Origin: Sterolibacterium sp.
Lineage (GTDB): Bacteria; Pseudomonadota; Gammaproteobacteria; Burkholderiales; Rhodocyclaceae
NCBI GenBank assembly: GCA_019105045.1
Contig: JAHRWT010000056.1
Span: forward strand, 207 to 64,206
Direction: 5' to 3'
DNA: 64,000 nucleotides
The translations under genes were made by a program, and so were the position numbers. The notes beneath the pieces were generated by a model, which saw only the letters and a program-made list of their open reading frames with translations, ran no database searches and was not told where the DNA came from. This document shows, one piece after another, positions 20,774-30,058 of the stretch (position 1 is the first letter of the stretch; each line of letters begins with the position of its first letter).

Positions 20774-20781
20774 CTGAACAG

Positions 20782-20857
20782 TGGTGCCGGCGAGAAGAAT
20801 CGAACTCCCGACCTTCGCATTACAAGTGCGCTGCTCTACCAACTGAGCTACGCCGGC
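20782..20857 (-). tRNA. tRNA-Thr (anticodon UGU)
   Basis: 76 nt GCCGGCGTAGCTCAGTTGGTAGAGCAGCGCACTTGTAATGCGAAGGTCGGGAGTTCGATTCTTCTCGCCGGCACCA; cloverleaf with encoded CCA. Confidence 0.97.
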
Positions 20858-20863
20858 GCTATT

Positions 20864-20926
20864 CGTACCACACGAACCACACGAACCACACGAACCACAC
20901 GAACCACACGTACCACACGTACCGCA
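20864..20926. repeat. Tandem repeat, 7 x 9 bp (CGWACCACA)
   Basis: cgtaccaca (cgaaccaca)x4 cgtaccaca cgtaccgca. Confidence 0.95.
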
Positions 20927-20958
20927 TGCAGACTTTGCCTGCGCTGCAAAGTGCGCCG

Positions 20959-20964
20959 ATTATA
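20959..20964 (-). promoter_or_regulatory. -10 element of tRNA-Thr promoter
   Basis: TATAAT on minus strand followed by a GC-rich discriminator CGGCGC. Confidence 0.6.
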
Positions 20965-21021
20965 GCCGCCGACGGACGCTTTCCGCTACACTCCCCCGGC
21001 TGAACTCTTCCATTTTCTTCC

Positions 21022-22584
21022 ATGGCAGGCACTGTGAAAAACCCGGATGCGCGATTGCGTTTGTTGCTCGCCGATACCAGCGCAAGCGAGGCAGCGCGGC
21101 TTGAGGTCTGTCTGACCAAAGCAGGCGCGCACGTGCAGGCGCAGCAGGTGGCCAGCATCCAGGCGCTGCGCACTGCGCTGGCAAAAAATCCGGATATCCC
21201 CTGGGATGCCGTGCTCTGCCGGCTGCCCGCACCCGGCAACCGGGGACTCAACCCGCTGACGGCCCTGCGTTTGTTGCAGGCAGCTGCGCCTGATCTGCCT
21301 TGTCTCATACTGGCCGAGCAACTTGATGACCCACGGGTAGCGCAAGCCCTGCAGGCGGGTGCGCAGGATGCGTTTCCCCTGGATGCGCTCGATCGCCTGT
21401 TGCCGGCCGTCCGCCGCGAAATCCGCATGGCCCGCCATCAGGCCGATCACCGCGCGGCGCTGGAAATGCTGCGCGCCAGCGAAACGCGCTTTCGCGTGCT
21501 GGCGGCCAACCTGCCGGGCATGGTGTTCCAGCTGGAATACGATCCGGCCAGCGGGCTGCATTTTTCCTATGTCAGCGAAGGTTGCGACAAGCTGATCGGC
21601 CTCAAGCCCGATGCATTGCTGAACGCGCCGCAACGCTTTGTGGATGTGGTCGATAGCGCCGACCGCGCTTCGCTCGACCGGGCGCTGGAAGAATCTGCCG
21701 CGACGTGCAGCACACTCAACTGGGAAGGCCGCATCCGCAAGCGCGGCCAGACCAAATGGATCAACCTGCGCTCGACGCCGCAACGTCTGGACAATGGCGG
21801 TATGCAGTGGCAGGGCATTGCCACCGATATTTCGCGCAGCAAGGAAGCGGAGGCCAAGCTGCGCCGCTCGCGCGAGCAGCTTTCCGAACTGTCCTATCAT
21901 CTCGAAGCGGCCAAGGAAGAAGAGCGCGAACGCATCGCCCGCGATATCCACGACGAACTGGGCAGCACGCTGGTGGCACTCAAGATCAAGGCGGCCCTGC
22001 TCAATACCCGGCTGCCCGAGCAGCCCGCCGGCCTGCACGAGATGGCGATGGCTATCGAAGGCATGCTCGATCAGGCGATGAGTACGGTCAGCCGCGTGGC
22101 GCGCGAGCTGCGGCCAGGCATACTCAAGGAATTCGGCCTGTCTGCAGCGATCGAGTGCCAGGCCGAAGATTTTTCGCAGCGCACCGGCATTGCCTGTCGC
22201 GTACAGTGCGATGATGAAGGCCGTCAGCTCGATGAGCAGGCGTCCATCGCGTTGTTCCGGATTTTTCAGGAAGCGCTCACCAATGTTGCCAAACACGCCC
22301 GTGCGTCGCTGGTGGTGGTGCGTCTGCGCCGGGAGCGGGGCAGCATCATGCTGGAAATCCGCGATAATGGGCGTGGTATTTCCGAAGCGGATCTGAACAA
22401 ACCCCGTTCCTTTGGCCTGCGCGGCATCCGCGAACGCATCAGCAGCCTGAATGGCGAATTTGCCATCGGCCCGGCTGAATCAGGCGGCAGCCTGATCGTC
22501 TTGAGCGTGCCGGTGGTGCCGCCCAGCCGCCGCAACGAAGCCGCCGCCACAGCGGATGAATCACCGCAGCAGAATCTGTTTTGA
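21022..22584 (+). CDS. Cytoplasmic sensor kinase: degenerate REC, PAS, HisKA_3, HATPase
   Basis: ERERIARDIHDELG H-box, FQEALTNVAKHA, DNGRG, SFGLRGIRER; PAS segment FSYVSEG; no TM segment. Confidence 0.9.
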   Translation: MAGTVKNPDARLRLLLADTSASEAARLEVCLTKAGAHVQAQQVASIQALRTALAKNPDIPWDAVLCRLPAPGNRGLNPLTALRLLQAAAPDLPCLILAEQLDDPRVAQALQAGAQDAFPLDALDRLLPAVRREIRMARHQADHRAALEMLRASETRFRVLAANLPGMVFQLEYDPASGLHFSYVSEGCDKLIGLKPDALLNAPQRFVDVVDSADRASLDRALEESAATCSTLNWEGRIRKRGQTKWINLRSTPQRLDNGGMQWQGIATDISRSKEAEAKLRRSREQLSELSYHLEAAKEEERERIARDIHDELGSTLVALKIKAALLNTRLPEQPAGLHEMAMAIEGMLDQAMSTVSRVARELRPGILKEFGLSAAIECQAEDFSQRTGIACRVQCDDEGRQLDEQASIALFRIFQEALTNVAKHARASLVVVRLRRERGSIMLEIRDNGRGISEADLNKPRSFGLRGIRERISSLNGEFAIGPAESGGSLIVLSVPVVPPSRRNEAAATADESPQQNLF

Positions 22585-22624
22585 GTCATTGTTGAGTCAT
22601 TGTTGAACCATCGTCGAATCATTG
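22581..22624. repeat. Degenerate 11-bp tandem repeat x4
   Basis: ttgagtcattg ttgagtcattg ttgaaccatcg tcgaatcattg. Confidence 0.7.
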
Positions 22625-22658
22625 CCATTCATTCGCCAACACCTCAGTCCGTCATTCC

Positions 22659-23303
22659 ATGAGCAACCACAAGATCCGCGTCCTGATTGCCGATGACCAT
22701 GCCATCGTCCGCCAGGGGCTGCGCCAGATTCTTTCCGAAACCGATGACCTGCTGGTGGCCGGTGAAGCCAGCGATGGCGTCGATGCCATGCACCTGGCCC
22801 GTGAGCAGGATTGGGACGTGGTGTTGCTTGATGTGTCGATGCCCAACCGCAACGGTATCGACACCCTGAAAATGCTGAGGAAAGAATTTCCCCGCCTGCC
22901 GGTGCTGATACTCAGCATGCATCCTGAAGAACAATACGCCGTGCGTGCCCTGAAAGCGGGCGCGTCGGGTTATGTCACCAAGCAAAGCGCGCCGGAACAG
23001 CTGGTAACCGCCATCCGCCAGGTGGCCGGCGGCCACAAATACGTCAGTCCGACGCTGGCACTCAGGCTGGCCGATGTGATCGCCGCAAACGATGACCGCC
23101 CGCCCCATGAGCTGCTTTCCGACCGCGAATACCAGATTCTCTGCCTGATTGCCGAAGGCCGGCCATTGACGCAGATCGCCGAGGAACTCAACATCAGCGT
23201 CAAGACAGTCAGCGAATATCGCAAGCGACTGCTCGACAAGATGAAACTGGAAAGCAACGCCGAGCTGATTCATTACGGGCTGAAGCATGGCCTGGTCGAG
23301 TGA
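22659..23303 (+). CDS. NarL/LuxR-family response regulator (UvrY/GacA-like)
   Basis: ADDHAIVRQG, LLDVSMP, GYVTK, LSDREYQ, ISVKTVSEYR HTH. Confidence 0.92.
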   Translation: MSNHKIRVLIADDHAIVRQGLRQILSETDDLLVAGEASDGVDAMHLAREQDWDVVLLDVSMPNRNGIDTLKMLRKEFPRLPVLILSMHPEEQYAVRALKAGASGYVTKQSAPEQLVTAIRQVAGGHKYVSPTLALRLADVIAANDDRPPHELLSDREYQILCLIAEGRPLTQIAEELNISVKTVSEYRKRLLDKMKLESNAELIHYGLKHGLVE

Positions 23304-23389
23304 GGCCTGCCCCATGCGCTTGCCCTGAGCTTCCCCTCCCCGCCATTGCGCGGCCCGCAGGACCGCGGCAGGTGGCAAGAACGTTGCCC

Positions 23390-23416
23390 TTCAGTTTCCC
23401 TGTTTTTGGCCGATAA
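23390..23416 (+). promoter_or_regulatory. Sigma28 (FliA) promoter of fliD
   Basis: TTCAGTTT-N11-GCCGATAA versus consensus TAAAGTTT-N11-GCCGATAA. Confidence 0.8.
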
Positions 23417-23450
23417 TAGGCAGAGAGCACTTTTTTAAGGGAGTCGCATC

Positions 23451-24839
23451 ATGGCTGGACTTGCTTCGCCGGGCATAGGCTCGGGGCTGGATATCAATGG
23501 GCTGGTTTCCAAGCTGATGGAATCGGAAAGCCGGCCGTTGGTTTCGTTGACGACCAAAGAGGCGGGCATCCAGGCCAAGATTTCGGCTTTTGGGTCGATC
23601 AAGAGCGCGCTGTCGGGGTTGCAGACGGCAACACAGGCACTGACTCGGGCGCAGACATTTACCGGAACCAGCGCCACGGTGACCGACAGCAGCGTATTCA
23701 CAGCAACCGGCGGCAAGACGGCCACGCCAGGTGAGTACACCATCAGCGTGAGTCAGTTGGCGCAGAATCACGCGATCCGCAGCGATAGCGCCTATACGAC
23801 CAGCGATACCTTCAACGCTGGCACGCTGACGCTGGCGGTGAATGGCAAGACGACAGAGGTGAGCATCCGCAGCGGCGAGAATGATACGCTGGCCGGTATT
23901 GCCCGTTCGATCAACGAGGCGCGGGCAGGCGTCAGTGCGGCGGTAATCAATACCGGCAGCACGCAGCGGCTGGTGCTGACATCGGCAACGACCGGCACGG
24001 ATGGAGCAATCCGCCTGAGCGTGAATGAAACCGGCAGCGGCGCGACACACAGCCTGACGGATTTTGCCTATGGCGGCAGCGATTCGCCGACCATGGTGCA
24101 GACGCAGGCAGCAAACGATGCCATTTTCACCATCAACAATATCGAGATCACCCGTTCGAGCAATACGGTCACCGATGCCATCGACGGCGTGACGCTGGGG
24201 CTGTCCAAGCTGGGCGAGACGAAGCTGACGGTGGCGCGCGACATCAGTGGGACGACCTCGGCGATCAATGCTTTCGTCAAGGCGTACAACGATGTGGTGA
24301 CGACGCTGAACAGAGTGTCGGCCTATGATGCGGCGACGAAGAAGGCCTCGACCCTGACCGGCGACAGTACGGTACGCAGCCTGGGTTTTCAGTTGTCCAG
24401 CCTGAGCAGCAGCGTGGTGGGCGATATGTCGGGCAGTACCGCGCGCCTGTCGGATATCGGCATCAGCCGTCAGCTCGATGGCACGCTGCAGGTCGATGAT
24501 GCCAAGCTGAAAACCGCGCTGAAAGATCCCGACCGCGACGTAGCGGCGCTGTTTGCCGGTACCGAGGCGGGCCGCGAAGGCATTGCCGTGCGCTTTGTCA
24601 ATGCGCTGGACGGCATCCTCGGCGAAAACGGCACGCTGACTTCGCGTACCAATGGCCTGAGCAGTTCGATCAAGGATATTGGCCGCCAGCGCGATTCGAT
24701 CAACCTGCGGCTGGCGGCGACAGAAGCCAATTACCGCAAGCAGTTTCAGGCGCTGGACAGCATGGTTTCCAGCATGGCGTCGACCAGCAATTATCTGGCC
24801 CAGCAGTTGCAGGGACTGGCCAATCTCAACAATAATTGA
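23451..24839 (+). CDS. fliD: Flagellar filament cap protein
   Basis: GIGSGLDIN, SNTVTDAIDGVTL, FVKAYN, YRKQFQALD. Confidence 0.95.
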   Translation: MAGLASPGIGSGLDINGLVSKLMESESRPLVSLTTKEAGIQAKISAFGSIKSALSGLQTATQALTRAQTFTGTSATVTDSSVFTATGGKTATPGEYTISVSQLAQNHAIRSDSAYTTSDTFNAGTLTLAVNGKTTEVSIRSGENDTLAGIARSINEARAGVSAAVINTGSTQRLVLTSATTGTDGAIRLSVNETGSGATHSLTDFAYGGSDSPTMVQTQAANDAIFTINNIEITRSSNTVTDAIDGVTLGLSKLGETKLTVARDISGTTSAINAFVKAYNDVVTTLNRVSAYDAATKKASTLTGDSTVRSLGFQLSSLSSSVVGDMSGSTARLSDIGISRQLDGTLQVDDAKLKTALKDPDRDVAALFAGTEAGREGIAVRFVNALDGILGENGTLTSRTNGLSSSIKDIGRQRDSINLRLAATEANYRKQFQALDSMVSSMASTSNYLAQQLQGLANLNNN

Positions 24840-24870
24840 TCGTTGATCGTTGACTCCCAGAGGTGCCTCC

Positions 24871-25314
24871 ATGTTCACTCCCCGTCTCAATGCAGCCCAG
24901 GCTTACAGCAAGGTGGGCGTCGAAACCGGCGTTGAGGCGGCCAGTCCGCATCAGCTGATCGTCATGCTTTTTGACGGCGCCCTGCTGGCGATTTCGACGG
25001 CGGGCATCCACATGCAGCAGCAGAACATCAACGAAAAAGGCCAGTCGATTTCGCGCGCCATCGACATCATCACCAGCGGCCTGAAGGCCAGCCTCGACAA
25101 GAGCAAGGGTGGCGAGCTGGCACAGAATCTCGATGCGCTGTATGACTACATGTGCACCCGTCTGTTGCAGGCAAATCTGCGCAACGACAAAAGCGCGCTC
25201 GATGAAGTCAGCCGCTTGCTCAATGATATCCGTGGCGCCTGGGTGGAAATCGCTGCCGCGCCGGCCGTCAAGGCGGTTTCGACTTCGACGTCGTCTTCGC
25301 CGGCGGTGGCCTGA
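24871..25314 (+). CDS. fliS: Flagellin export chaperone
   Basis: ASPHQLIVMLFDGA, GGELAQNLDALYDYM. Confidence 0.95.
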   Translation: MFTPRLNAAQAYSKVGVETGVEAASPHQLIVMLFDGALLAISTAGIHMQQQNINEKGQSISRAIDIITSGLKASLDKSKGGELAQNLDALYDYMCTRLLQANLRNDKSALDEVSRLLNDIRGAWVEIAAAPAVKAVSTSTSSSPAVA

Positions 25315-25394
25315 ACAATGCGCTGGATGAACCACGATCTGCGCAAAACCATTTGAATGCAATCGCTTTCGGCAACGCCGAAAGGAGCAGAATC

Positions 25395-25733
25395 ATGGAA
25401 AGACAATTTCCCGTCGGCTACGATGAAATGCACATTCTCTCCACGCACATGCTGGCGGCCGTGGAGCGCGGCGACTGGGAGCGTGTTGCCGAACTGGAAA
25501 AGCAAATTGCCGCCATCCGCGATTTGCTGATGGACCATCCGGTACCACTTGATGCCAGCCCGGAAGCCATCGAGGAGCAGAAACGCCTGCTCAGTGCCAT
25601 CATTCTCAATCAGCAAAGCACGGCCAGCCAGGCACAGGACAAGCTCGAAGAATTGCGCGAGTTGATTGACACAACCAGCAACCAACGCCGGGTGGGTGCT
25701 GCTTACGGCGGCGACAGCGACAGCAGCAATTGA
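25395..25733 (+). CDS. FliT-family flagellar chaperone (copy 1)
   Basis: MLAAVERGDWERVAELE, C-terminal RRVGAAYG; strong AGGAG SD; follows fliS. Confidence 0.75.
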   Translation: MERQFPVGYDEMHILSTHMLAAVERGDWERVAELEKQIAAIRDLLMDHPVPLDASPEAIEEQKRLLSAIILNQQSTASQAQDKLEELRELIDTTSNQRRVGAAYGGDSDSSN

Positions 25734-25829
25734 TGCAGGCACAGACAAATTCCAGCCAGCAGAAATAACCGCGATTCCCCGCCTTCATTTTGCAAATCCG
25801 TCTGCTGTGGGGCCTTTACCATGCTGTTC

Positions 25830-26150
25830 ATGCCTACATCACCGATTTCGCTGTACGAAGAGATGAATGCACTGTCCTCCCGCATGGCGGCAGCGGCCCG
25901 CATTCAGGATTGGGAAACCCTGAGAACGCTGGCCCGTTCGGTTACCGTGCTGCGCGATGCGCTGCCGGGCAGCGATAGCCAGCTGAGCGAAGCCGAATTG
26001 CAACACAAGGCCCTGCTGATCCAGCGCATACTCGACGATGATGCGGAAATCCGCCGCCATACCGAACCGTGGATGGAACGCATCTGTGTTTTTTTCGACT
26101 CGACGGCCAGACGGCGTCAGCCGCCCCCCCGCCAGGCCCGCGCCTGCTGA
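25830..26150 (+). CDS. fliT: FliT-family flagellar chaperone (copy 2)
   Basis: LYEEMNALSSRMAAAARIQDW, ILDDDAEIRRHTEPWM; start 25821 or 25830. Confidence 0.75.
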   Translation: MPTSPISLYEEMNALSSRMAAAARIQDWETLRTLARSVTVLRDALPGSDSQLSEAELQHKALLIQRILDDDAEIRRHTEPWMERICVFFDSTARRRQPPPRQARAC

Positions 26151-26238
26151 TCCGGGCGGGCTGCCGATGCGAGGCTGATCCCATGACGACCCGCCACGCC
26201 CCACCGTCACCGCATCCCGCCTGTCCGGAGAACTGCGC

Positions 26239-27660
26239 ATGGCGCTGATTCCTGCCGACGCCGGGCTGCGCCTGCGGCTGGACAACGACCTGCTGCCACA
26301 GCAGACGCGACCAGTTACGCCCGTCAAGGAAATCACCAGCGATCTGCCACGCTTGCAGGCCGGGCAGAACTTCACCGCGCAAATCCGTGATGTGCTGCCG
26401 CAGAACACCTATGTGGCGCTGGTGGCGGGCAAGCAGGTCACCCTGTCATTGCAGGCGAATGTGCAAAGTGGCGATGTGCTCGAACTGGTGGTGGTCGAGC
26501 AGACGCCCAAAAACATCATCGCCAAACTGGCAGACCCGCGCGCCGCCGGCGGCCAGCCGGCCGCCAATCCCAATCCGCCACAGACGACCTGGAGCAATAC
26601 CGCCCACATGCTGCGCTCGCTGTTATTGAGCGAAGGACAAGCGCCCCGGTCAGCGCCGCTCAATCGCGGCGAGCCGTTGCTGGCCCACCCCACCGGCAAC
26701 GGGGCCGAACTGGCGCCTGCGCTCAGTCGGGCGGTGCAACAGAGCGGACTGTTCTATGAAGCGCATCAGGCGCAGTGGGTGGCTGGTCGGCTGCCGTTGA
26801 ACCAGTTACGGCAGGAGCCCCAGGGGCAACAGCCTGTTTCGCCGCGCCCTGCCGATGCACAGGCGGCCTTGCTGGCACGCGGACAAAGCGCCCAGGCGAC
26901 GCAGACGGACGCAGCACTGCCGCAAACGCCACAGGCACCGCAAACGCAAACACCACTCAACCCAAACACGCTACAAAGCCTGCTTTTGTATCAGGCCAAC
27001 CAGCTGCCGGAAACCGCCACCCAGCCCCCGCCGGCGCAAGCGGGGCAAGCGGGGCAAGCCGCACACGCCGCACACAGCCCACAGGCGGCCCTCTTGTCAC
27101 CAGCCGCCCAGCCGCAGTCTGCGGCCAGCCCGGCGCAAGGGGATACTGGCGAGGCGGCGCGGACAGCGCAAACCTCTACGCCCACGACATCACCCGCGCC
27201 GAGCTGGCAGCCAGGCAATCTGCCAACCATGAGTGACGAGCTGCGTGCCCTGGTACAACAGCAACTGGATGCCGCCAGCAGCCAGCGCCTGCTCTGGCAC
27301 GGCGAAGTCTGGCCGGGCCAGGAACTCGACTGGCGGGTGGAATGGCAGGACGATCCATCCGCCGCCAACCCGGCCGACAGCGAGCCTTGGCAGACCCATC
27401 TGCGTCTGACCACGCCACGGCTGGGCCGGCTGGATGTGGCCCTGCATCTGGGGCCGGGCGGCGTGCGGCTGGATCTGTCGGCAGCCGAATCACCCAGCGT
27501 GGCCGCCCTGCGGGTGGCTGTCGATGATCTGGCCCAGGCGCTGGCCGCCGCCGGCGTGCCCCTGCGCGGTTTTCTGGTGCGCCAGGCGATTGCCGAAGAC
27601 ACGACGGCCGCGATGGCCTCGACGATCACGTCTGACGCGCCCCCGGACGAAGCCTCATGA
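26239..27660 (+). CDS. FliK-like protein with C-terminal hook-length-control domain
   Basis: SGLFYEAH, long P/Q/A linker, WHGEVWPGQ and WQTHLRLTTPRLG; paired with a FlhB-tail gene. Confidence 0.8.
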   Translation: MALIPADAGLRLRLDNDLLPQQTRPVTPVKEITSDLPRLQAGQNFTAQIRDVLPQNTYVALVAGKQVTLSLQANVQSGDVLELVVVEQTPKNIIAKLADPRAAGGQPAANPNPPQTTWSNTAHMLRSLLLSEGQAPRSAPLNRGEPLLAHPTGNGAELAPALSRAVQQSGLFYEAHQAQWVAGRLPLNQLRQEPQGQQPVSPRPADAQAALLARGQSAQATQTDAALPQTPQAPQTQTPLNPNTLQSLLLYQANQLPETATQPPPAQAGQAGQAAHAAHSPQAALLSPAAQPQSAASPAQGDTGEAARTAQTSTPTTSPAPSWQPGNLPTMSDELRALVQQQLDAASSQRLLWHGEVWPGQELDWRVEWQDDPSAANPADSEPWQTHLRLTTPRLGRLDVALHLGPGGVRLDLSAAESPSVAALRVAVDDLAQALAAAGVPLRGFLVRQAIAEDTTAAMASTITSDAPPDEAS

Positions 27661-27998
27661 GTCGCCCGCCAGCCTCTGCCACACCTGCCATGCCTGCCGC
27701 TTCGACGCACGCCGCCGCCGCAAGCGCCGCCCCCCCGCGCGAGGAACGCGCGCTGGCGTTGGCGCTGGCCTATGCACCCGGTGATACAGCACCGCGCATC
27801 GTTGCCAAGGGGCGTGGCCTGATCGCCGAGGAAATCATCCGCCGCGCCCACGAAGCCGGCGTCTTCGTGCATGAATCACCCGAACTCGTCACCTTGCTGA
27901 TGCAATCCAACCTCGACGACCACATCCCCCCCCAGCTCTACGTCGCCGTCGCCGAGCTGCTGGCCTGGATCTACCGTCTCGAACAGGCGCAGAGCTGA
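27657..27998 (+). CDS. FlhB C-terminal-domain (EscU/YscU/HrcU family) protein
   Basis: ALAY..APRIVAKGRG..AEEII, IPPQLYVAVAELLAWIY. Confidence 0.9.
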   Translation: MSRPPASATPAMPAASTHAAAASAAPPREERALALALAYAPGDTAPRIVAKGRGLIAEEIIRRAHEAGVFVHESPELVTLLMQSNLDDHIPPQLYVAVAELLAWIYRLEQAQS

Positions 27999-28194
27999 TG
28001 CAGCGCTACACCAGGCTGCACGGGCCGGCGCCTCAAACCAGGCAACGCTCTTCACGCGGCACATGACGTGCGGCCGCCCGGCCAGGACAACATGCACATG
28101 TCAACATGCACGTTGGCATGAGCCAATGGCATGGACTAAACTCCTCGACTTGAACTCATGGCGATCTGCTGTTTTTTCTTTTCCCGATTCCGGC

Positions 28195-29001
28195 ATGACT
28201 GACGAAACCTCCAGGACTCCCGCGCCCTTTCCGCCCGCGCAAACCCGTTTCGAGCGGCTGCGCGATGAGGAAGAAAGGGATTTCACCCTGCGTTCGCGCA
28301 GCGAGATCCTTGCCATCCTGCGCTCCCTGATTCACCACAACGCCTTGATGACGGTGTATTTCAACCAGGGACAGGATTTCATGCTGTCGTCGCTGCTGCA
28401 TCTGGCCGAAGATGGCCGAACGCTGGTGCTCGACGTGGGCAGCAACGCGGACATGAACCGCCGGGCACTGTCCGTGGACAAGCTGATCTGCGTTTCAAAT
28501 CTGGACAAGGTGAAAATCCAGTTTGTACTCGACGGAGTGGATGCCGTGCAGTACGAAGGGCGTCCGGCCTTTCTTGCCAACGTGCCGGCAAGCCTGGTAC
28601 GCCTGCAACGGCGCGATACTTACCGTTTTGTGCTACCGGTGCTGCAACCACTCCGTTGCAGCATTCCCTTCGTGACTTACGATGGCCGCTTGCAGCCGCA
28701 GGAAGTCAGCGTGATCGACATCAGTGCGGGGGGAATCGGTTTTCTCAGCAAGAGCGAAAACATCGATCTATCGACCGACATGCTGCTGGAAAACTGCCGC
28801 CTCGATCTGCCGGAGGTGGGCATTCTGACGGTCAATCTGTGCATCCGCAGCCTGTATGAAGTCGTCCTGCTCACCGGCGCCCGCCACAAACGCGCCGGTT
28901 GCCAGTTCATCCATCTGGACAGCAAGCAGGAAATGCAGTTGCAGCGATTCATCATCACGGCCGAACGCGAGCGCAAGGCGCAGGCGCTCGGCATGGCCTG
29001 A
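28195..29001 (+). CDS. ycgR: Flagellar brake protein (c-di-GMP-binding PilZ)
   Basis: YcgR-N domain plus intact QRRDTYR and DISAGG motifs. Confidence 0.9.
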   Translation: MTDETSRTPAPFPPAQTRFERLRDEEERDFTLRSRSEILAILRSLIHHNALMTVYFNQGQDFMLSSLLHLAEDGRTLVLDVGSNADMNRRALSVDKLICVSNLDKVKIQFVLDGVDAVQYEGRPAFLANVPASLVRLQRRDTYRFVLPVLQPLRCSIPFVTYDGRLQPQEVSVIDISAGGIGFLSKSENIDLSTDMLLENCRLDLPEVGILTVNLCIRSLYEVVLLTGARHKRAGCQFIHLDSKQEMQLQRFIITAERERKAQALGMA

Positions 29002-29062
29002 CGACAGACACAGGCCAAAGGAAACGCGAAGCCGAACGCCTTGACCTTGAGGAAACGCGTTC

Positions 29063-30058
29063 TCAACCGCCCAGTTCGCCGCCGACTTCCAGCACGATCT
29101 TGCCGATATGACAGCCACTTTCCATCAAACGGTGGGCGTCGGCCGCCCGCGCCAGAGGGAAACTTGCGTAAAGATGGGTGTACAGCTGGCCGTTGGTCAG
29201 CGCCGGCCAGACGCTGTCCAGCAACGCATCGCGAATGGCGGTTTTTTCGGCAAGACTGCGGCTGCGCATGGTTGAGCCGGTGATGCGCAGACGTTTAAGC
29301 ATGACCGGCATGAAATCGAACGCAGTCCGGCTGCCTTCGAGAAAGGCGATCAGTACCAGCCGGCCATCGCGGCGCAGGACGGAGATATCTTTTTGCAGGT
29401 AGCTGCCGCCAACCATGTCGAGCACGACATCGACACCCTGGCCGTCGGTGTATGCCTTGATGCGCGACAAAAAATCCTCGACGCGATAATTGATGGCCAG
29501 GCTGGCGCCGAAGTTTTCGCAGAAAGCCTGTTTTTCGGCACTGCCGACGGTGACCAGCACTTCCGCGCCGACATGCCGGGCAAGCTGGATGGCGGCCAGC
29601 CCGATACCGCTGGCACCGCCATGCACCAGCAGGCGCTCGCCCGCCTTGAGCTGGCCCAGGCCGATGAGATTGGCCCAGACGGTAAACCAGGTTTCCGGCA
29701 AGGCGGCGGCAGTCTTCAGCGACAGGCCAGCGGCCAGCGGCAGAGCGTGGGATGCCGGCACCCGGCAGTATTCGGCATAACCGCCGCCCGGCGCCAGAGC
29801 GGCCACCCGGTCGCCCACGCGCCAGTGACTCACGCCGGCGCCGACTTCGGCCACCCGGCCAGCGACTTCCAGGCCAAGCAGGGGTGAGGCATCCGCCGGC
29901 GGCGGGTAGCTGCCGGCGCGTTGCAGCAGGTCAGGGCGATTGACGCCGGCATAGCCGACTTCGATGAGGATTTCACCTGCCGCCGGCTGGGGTCGCGGGC
30001 CTTGCTGCAGTTGCAGACAATCGGCCGGGCCGCCGGCCCCGTGGGCGATGTAGTGCAT
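29063..30058 (-). CDS. NAD(P)H-quinone oxidoreductase (PIG3/zeta-crystallin family)
   Basis: GVNRPDLLQRAGSYPPP, GLEVAG, LVHGGASGIG, GSTMRSR, HIGKIVL; ATG overlaps rdgC stop. Confidence 0.92.
   Translation of the reverse strand: MHYIAHGAGGPADCLQLQQGPRPQPAAGEILIEVGYAGVNRPDLLQRAGSYPPPADASPLLGLEVAGRVAEVGAGVSHWRVGDRVAALAPGGGYAEYCRVPASHALPLAAGLSLKTAAALPETWFTVWANLIGLGQLKAGERLLVHGGASGIGLAAIQLARHVGAEVLVTVGSAEKQAFCENFGASLAINYRVEDFLSRIKAYTDGQGVDVVLDMVGGSYLQKDISVLRRDGRLVLIAFLEGSRTAFDFMPVMLKRLRITGSTMRSRSLAEKTAIRDALLDSVWPALTNGQLYTHLYASFPLARAADAHRLMESGCHIGKIVLEVGGELGG

Noticed and set aside
20527-20781. Integrative element or att site at the tRNA-Thr 3' end
   Set aside because: No integrase, and I saw no duplicate of the tRNA 3' end; only small GC hairpins of unclear meaning
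20864-20926. Possible CRISPR array
   Set aside because: Contiguous 9-bp units with no spacers, and no cas genes in the window
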